Source: Phoronis australis (Eukaryota; Animalia; Phoronida). From it: DNA of 64,000 nt. The stretch spans positions 242,011 through 306,010 of the forward strand of contig NMRA01000065.1 in the NCBI GenBank assembly GCA_002633005.1, read 5' to 3'. The position numbers and the translations under genes were made by a program. The notes beneath the pieces were generated by a model. It was not told the origin of the DNA. It worked only from the letters and a program-made list of their open reading frames with translations, and did no database searches. Of the stretch, positions 61,700-64,000 are shown piece after piece (the stretch's first letter is position 1; every line of letters starts with the position of its first letter).

Positions 61700-63690
61700 A
61701 GTATTTAGTATTTATTTATTATAGTGACAAGTACAATTAAAACAAACAGTTATAGGTATAACATTTTTAAGAAAGATAAGTACCAAGCCCAGTTGGTCTT
61801 ATTAGTCACTTTAACCACACAACTCAGATGTAGGCCTACCATAAATGTGTCGGTTTCTAAGTTCAAAACCAGACTTGATATATTTGGCAAATTGCCTAGG
61901 AAAATACTGAAATAACAGTTTTAACGTATCTAATCTACTGAAATCTACAAAGTTCGGGATTTGAAGTGAAACAGTATTAAACAGATTAGACCTCCATGAG
62001 TTATAAAGAGAACAATCAAACACAAAGTGTAACTCATACTCCACAAAGCCAGAGTCACAACACAAGCAAAGTCTTTCCCTATAGAGGAGTGTTTATATAA
62101 CGACCAGTTTCCAAGCGCAATGGGAGATTTCCTGCTCTAACCTGAGCCAGAAGAGACCGCTGGGAAAGGGATATATTAATGTTTACATACGGCTCAGTTA
62201 AAAACTCGTGCTTGAATAAAATGTAGGTTCTTAGTTACAACAGATTCCGCCCAAGCATGTTTCGTGTATTTAAATAGTTTGTTTCCAGCATCTATTATGT
62301 TACAAGTAGTCAAATTTTGAAAACAGGATTGCATGCCAGTTATGTTAAGCAAATTTTTTATTCCGTCTATTCAACCCTTTCTACCAACTGAGTAGTCCCA
62401 TAGAAATACCTTCTTCAGTAACCTATCACCACCTGTGGTTACTAGTTTGTTCCAAAGACGCAGCATATTCAATTTAAATCTATTTCCGGTGGAGTCCCAC
62501 CCCATATCGCCACTATCAGCATGAGTGACTGACCCCTATATAAAAACGCATCGCTCTGTTTTGGATATTTTCAACATTACCAAAATTTTTGTAACCCCAA
62601 ACAGATGACCCGTAATCCAAAGTTGGTGCCACACACGAATTAAATAATGTTTTGAAAGTTTCCAGTCCTAGATTCTTGTTCTCACGGAAAGTTGAGCATA
62701 TCTTCCCTAACGCTCTACCAGAAGCTTCAGATAACCCCGTATTCAAATTTTCTTTGAACTCAAGGTGTTGATCCAGAATACTGCCTATATATTAGTATGA
62801 GGATTTATAACTGATGACACTGTTCAAAATACATTCAAAATTGCTTCTGGGTATAGACTTAGCTCAAAAATGGACAACATAAGTTTCTGCCATGTTCACA
62901 ACCATTCTCCACCTTTTACACCAGTTGTTTAAAACCTTCAACATATCTTGCATGTCATTTTTATTCTCAGAAGCACTGAAATATTGTTCGGGCTACATCG
63001 GACACCTTTACCCAGTTTTTTTAATATCCAGAGCTAAGTCATTCATATATAATGCAAAGAGTGTCGGTGATAAAACGTCCCCCTGACGGACACCATTTTC
63101 AGGAGTGAACCAACCACTATGGAGAGTTCCATTTAATCGTATACAGTTCAACGGACTTCTGTATATCATACGAATTGCATCATACATTCTACCATTAATA
63201 TTATTTTGCAGTAATTTATAAATCAGAAGTTCATGGCTTGTCCAGTCAAAAGATTTTTCATGTCCAGAAATGTCACAAATGTGCAAAGGTTATACATTGT
63301 ACAACTTTCTTGTTTGAATAATTGATGACAGGACATATAAGTAATCAATACAAGACCGTTAGCTTCGAAAACCATTTTGTTCGTCAACTAAAATATTGTT
63401 CTGTTCACAGAAACCCCAAATTCTATTATTCAACACAGCAGTGAAGATTTTATAAATAATGGAAAGGAGACTAATCCCACGGTAGTTCAAAGGTAACCTA
63501 GGGTCGTCTGTAGAATTCTTAGGTATCGGGATTAAAATTGCCTTATACCAGTCAGAAGGAATTAGTCCATGTTTAAAAGATTCATTGAACAATTGGGTTG
63601 GAAAAAACAACAATAGTTTCGAATCTTAACACCTCATAAGGTATACAGTCATATCCTACGGCTTTGTTATTCTTTGTTTTCATGACAATA
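61700..63690 (-). mobile_element. Decayed non-LTR retrotransposon (LINE) ORF2 3' half
   Basis: RT motifs PLNYRGISLLSIIYKIFT, LVDEQNGFR and GVRQGDVLSPTLFALYMNDL. Downstream PTLDYGSSVWG...IQNRAMRF and a C-terminal C..C...E.E.HF.F.C..Y finger. (TAAA)n-like tail at ~61700-61722. Many frameshifts. Confidence 0.92.
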
Positions 63691-64000
63691 TTTCTGTAAT
63701 TTTCATAATAAAAGTACTCAAAAACTGGAATCAGCGAGGTGAATGTAGGAAACATTTACAACTAATAAATGATCATAAAAATATAAACCATAATAACATC
63801 AGTAAAATAGCAGTCTACTCCTATGATTAAAATGAATGTATACACTGTAGCAGTAGACTCCTGGAAGGGCCTTGCTCAACATGTTTCTATCTAATACTAT
63901 TCCACTGAATGTGTTGCCATTTATATTTTTATGATCATTGGTGTAATAAATAATAGCACCACATATTCGACGACAAATAAATGGATAATATCGGAAGGAT

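Overview
AT-rich, intron-rich eukaryotic DNA, most likely from a marine invertebrate. The window holds three genes. (1) A small three-exon gene missed by the ORF track (12361-16175, +) encodes a 70-aa secreted peptide precursor: a signal peptide, a Gly/Ala-rich peptide FTAGAGNIGGALIA(R) and an acidic tail. (2) A single-coding-exon class A peptide GPCR of the FMRFamide-receptor-like group (28121-29461, -) has an apparent N-terminal signal peptide. (3) A ~20-exon, ~1,900-aa type I membrane protein (about 37768-60309, +) has five MAM domains, two mucin-like S/T stretches, one TM helix and a tail with FENKMY/YDSL motifs. In MAM1, MAM3 and MAM5 a fibronectin type II module is inserted at the same site inside the MAM domain, each time as a symmetric 159-nt exon. 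Decayed C-type-lectin-like fragments lie just upstream of MAM1. The rest is transposon debris: Academ-like remnants, an internally deleted Kolobok element (THAP and KolX N-termini, TTAA TSD), MITEs with 5-bp TSDs, hairpin-ended Crypton-like elements, tRNA-derived elements and a decayed LINE. A 1.8-kb tandem duplication joined by a single N is probably an assembly artefact. All gene models were read by eye from splice signals and reading frames. The 5' ends are uncertain.
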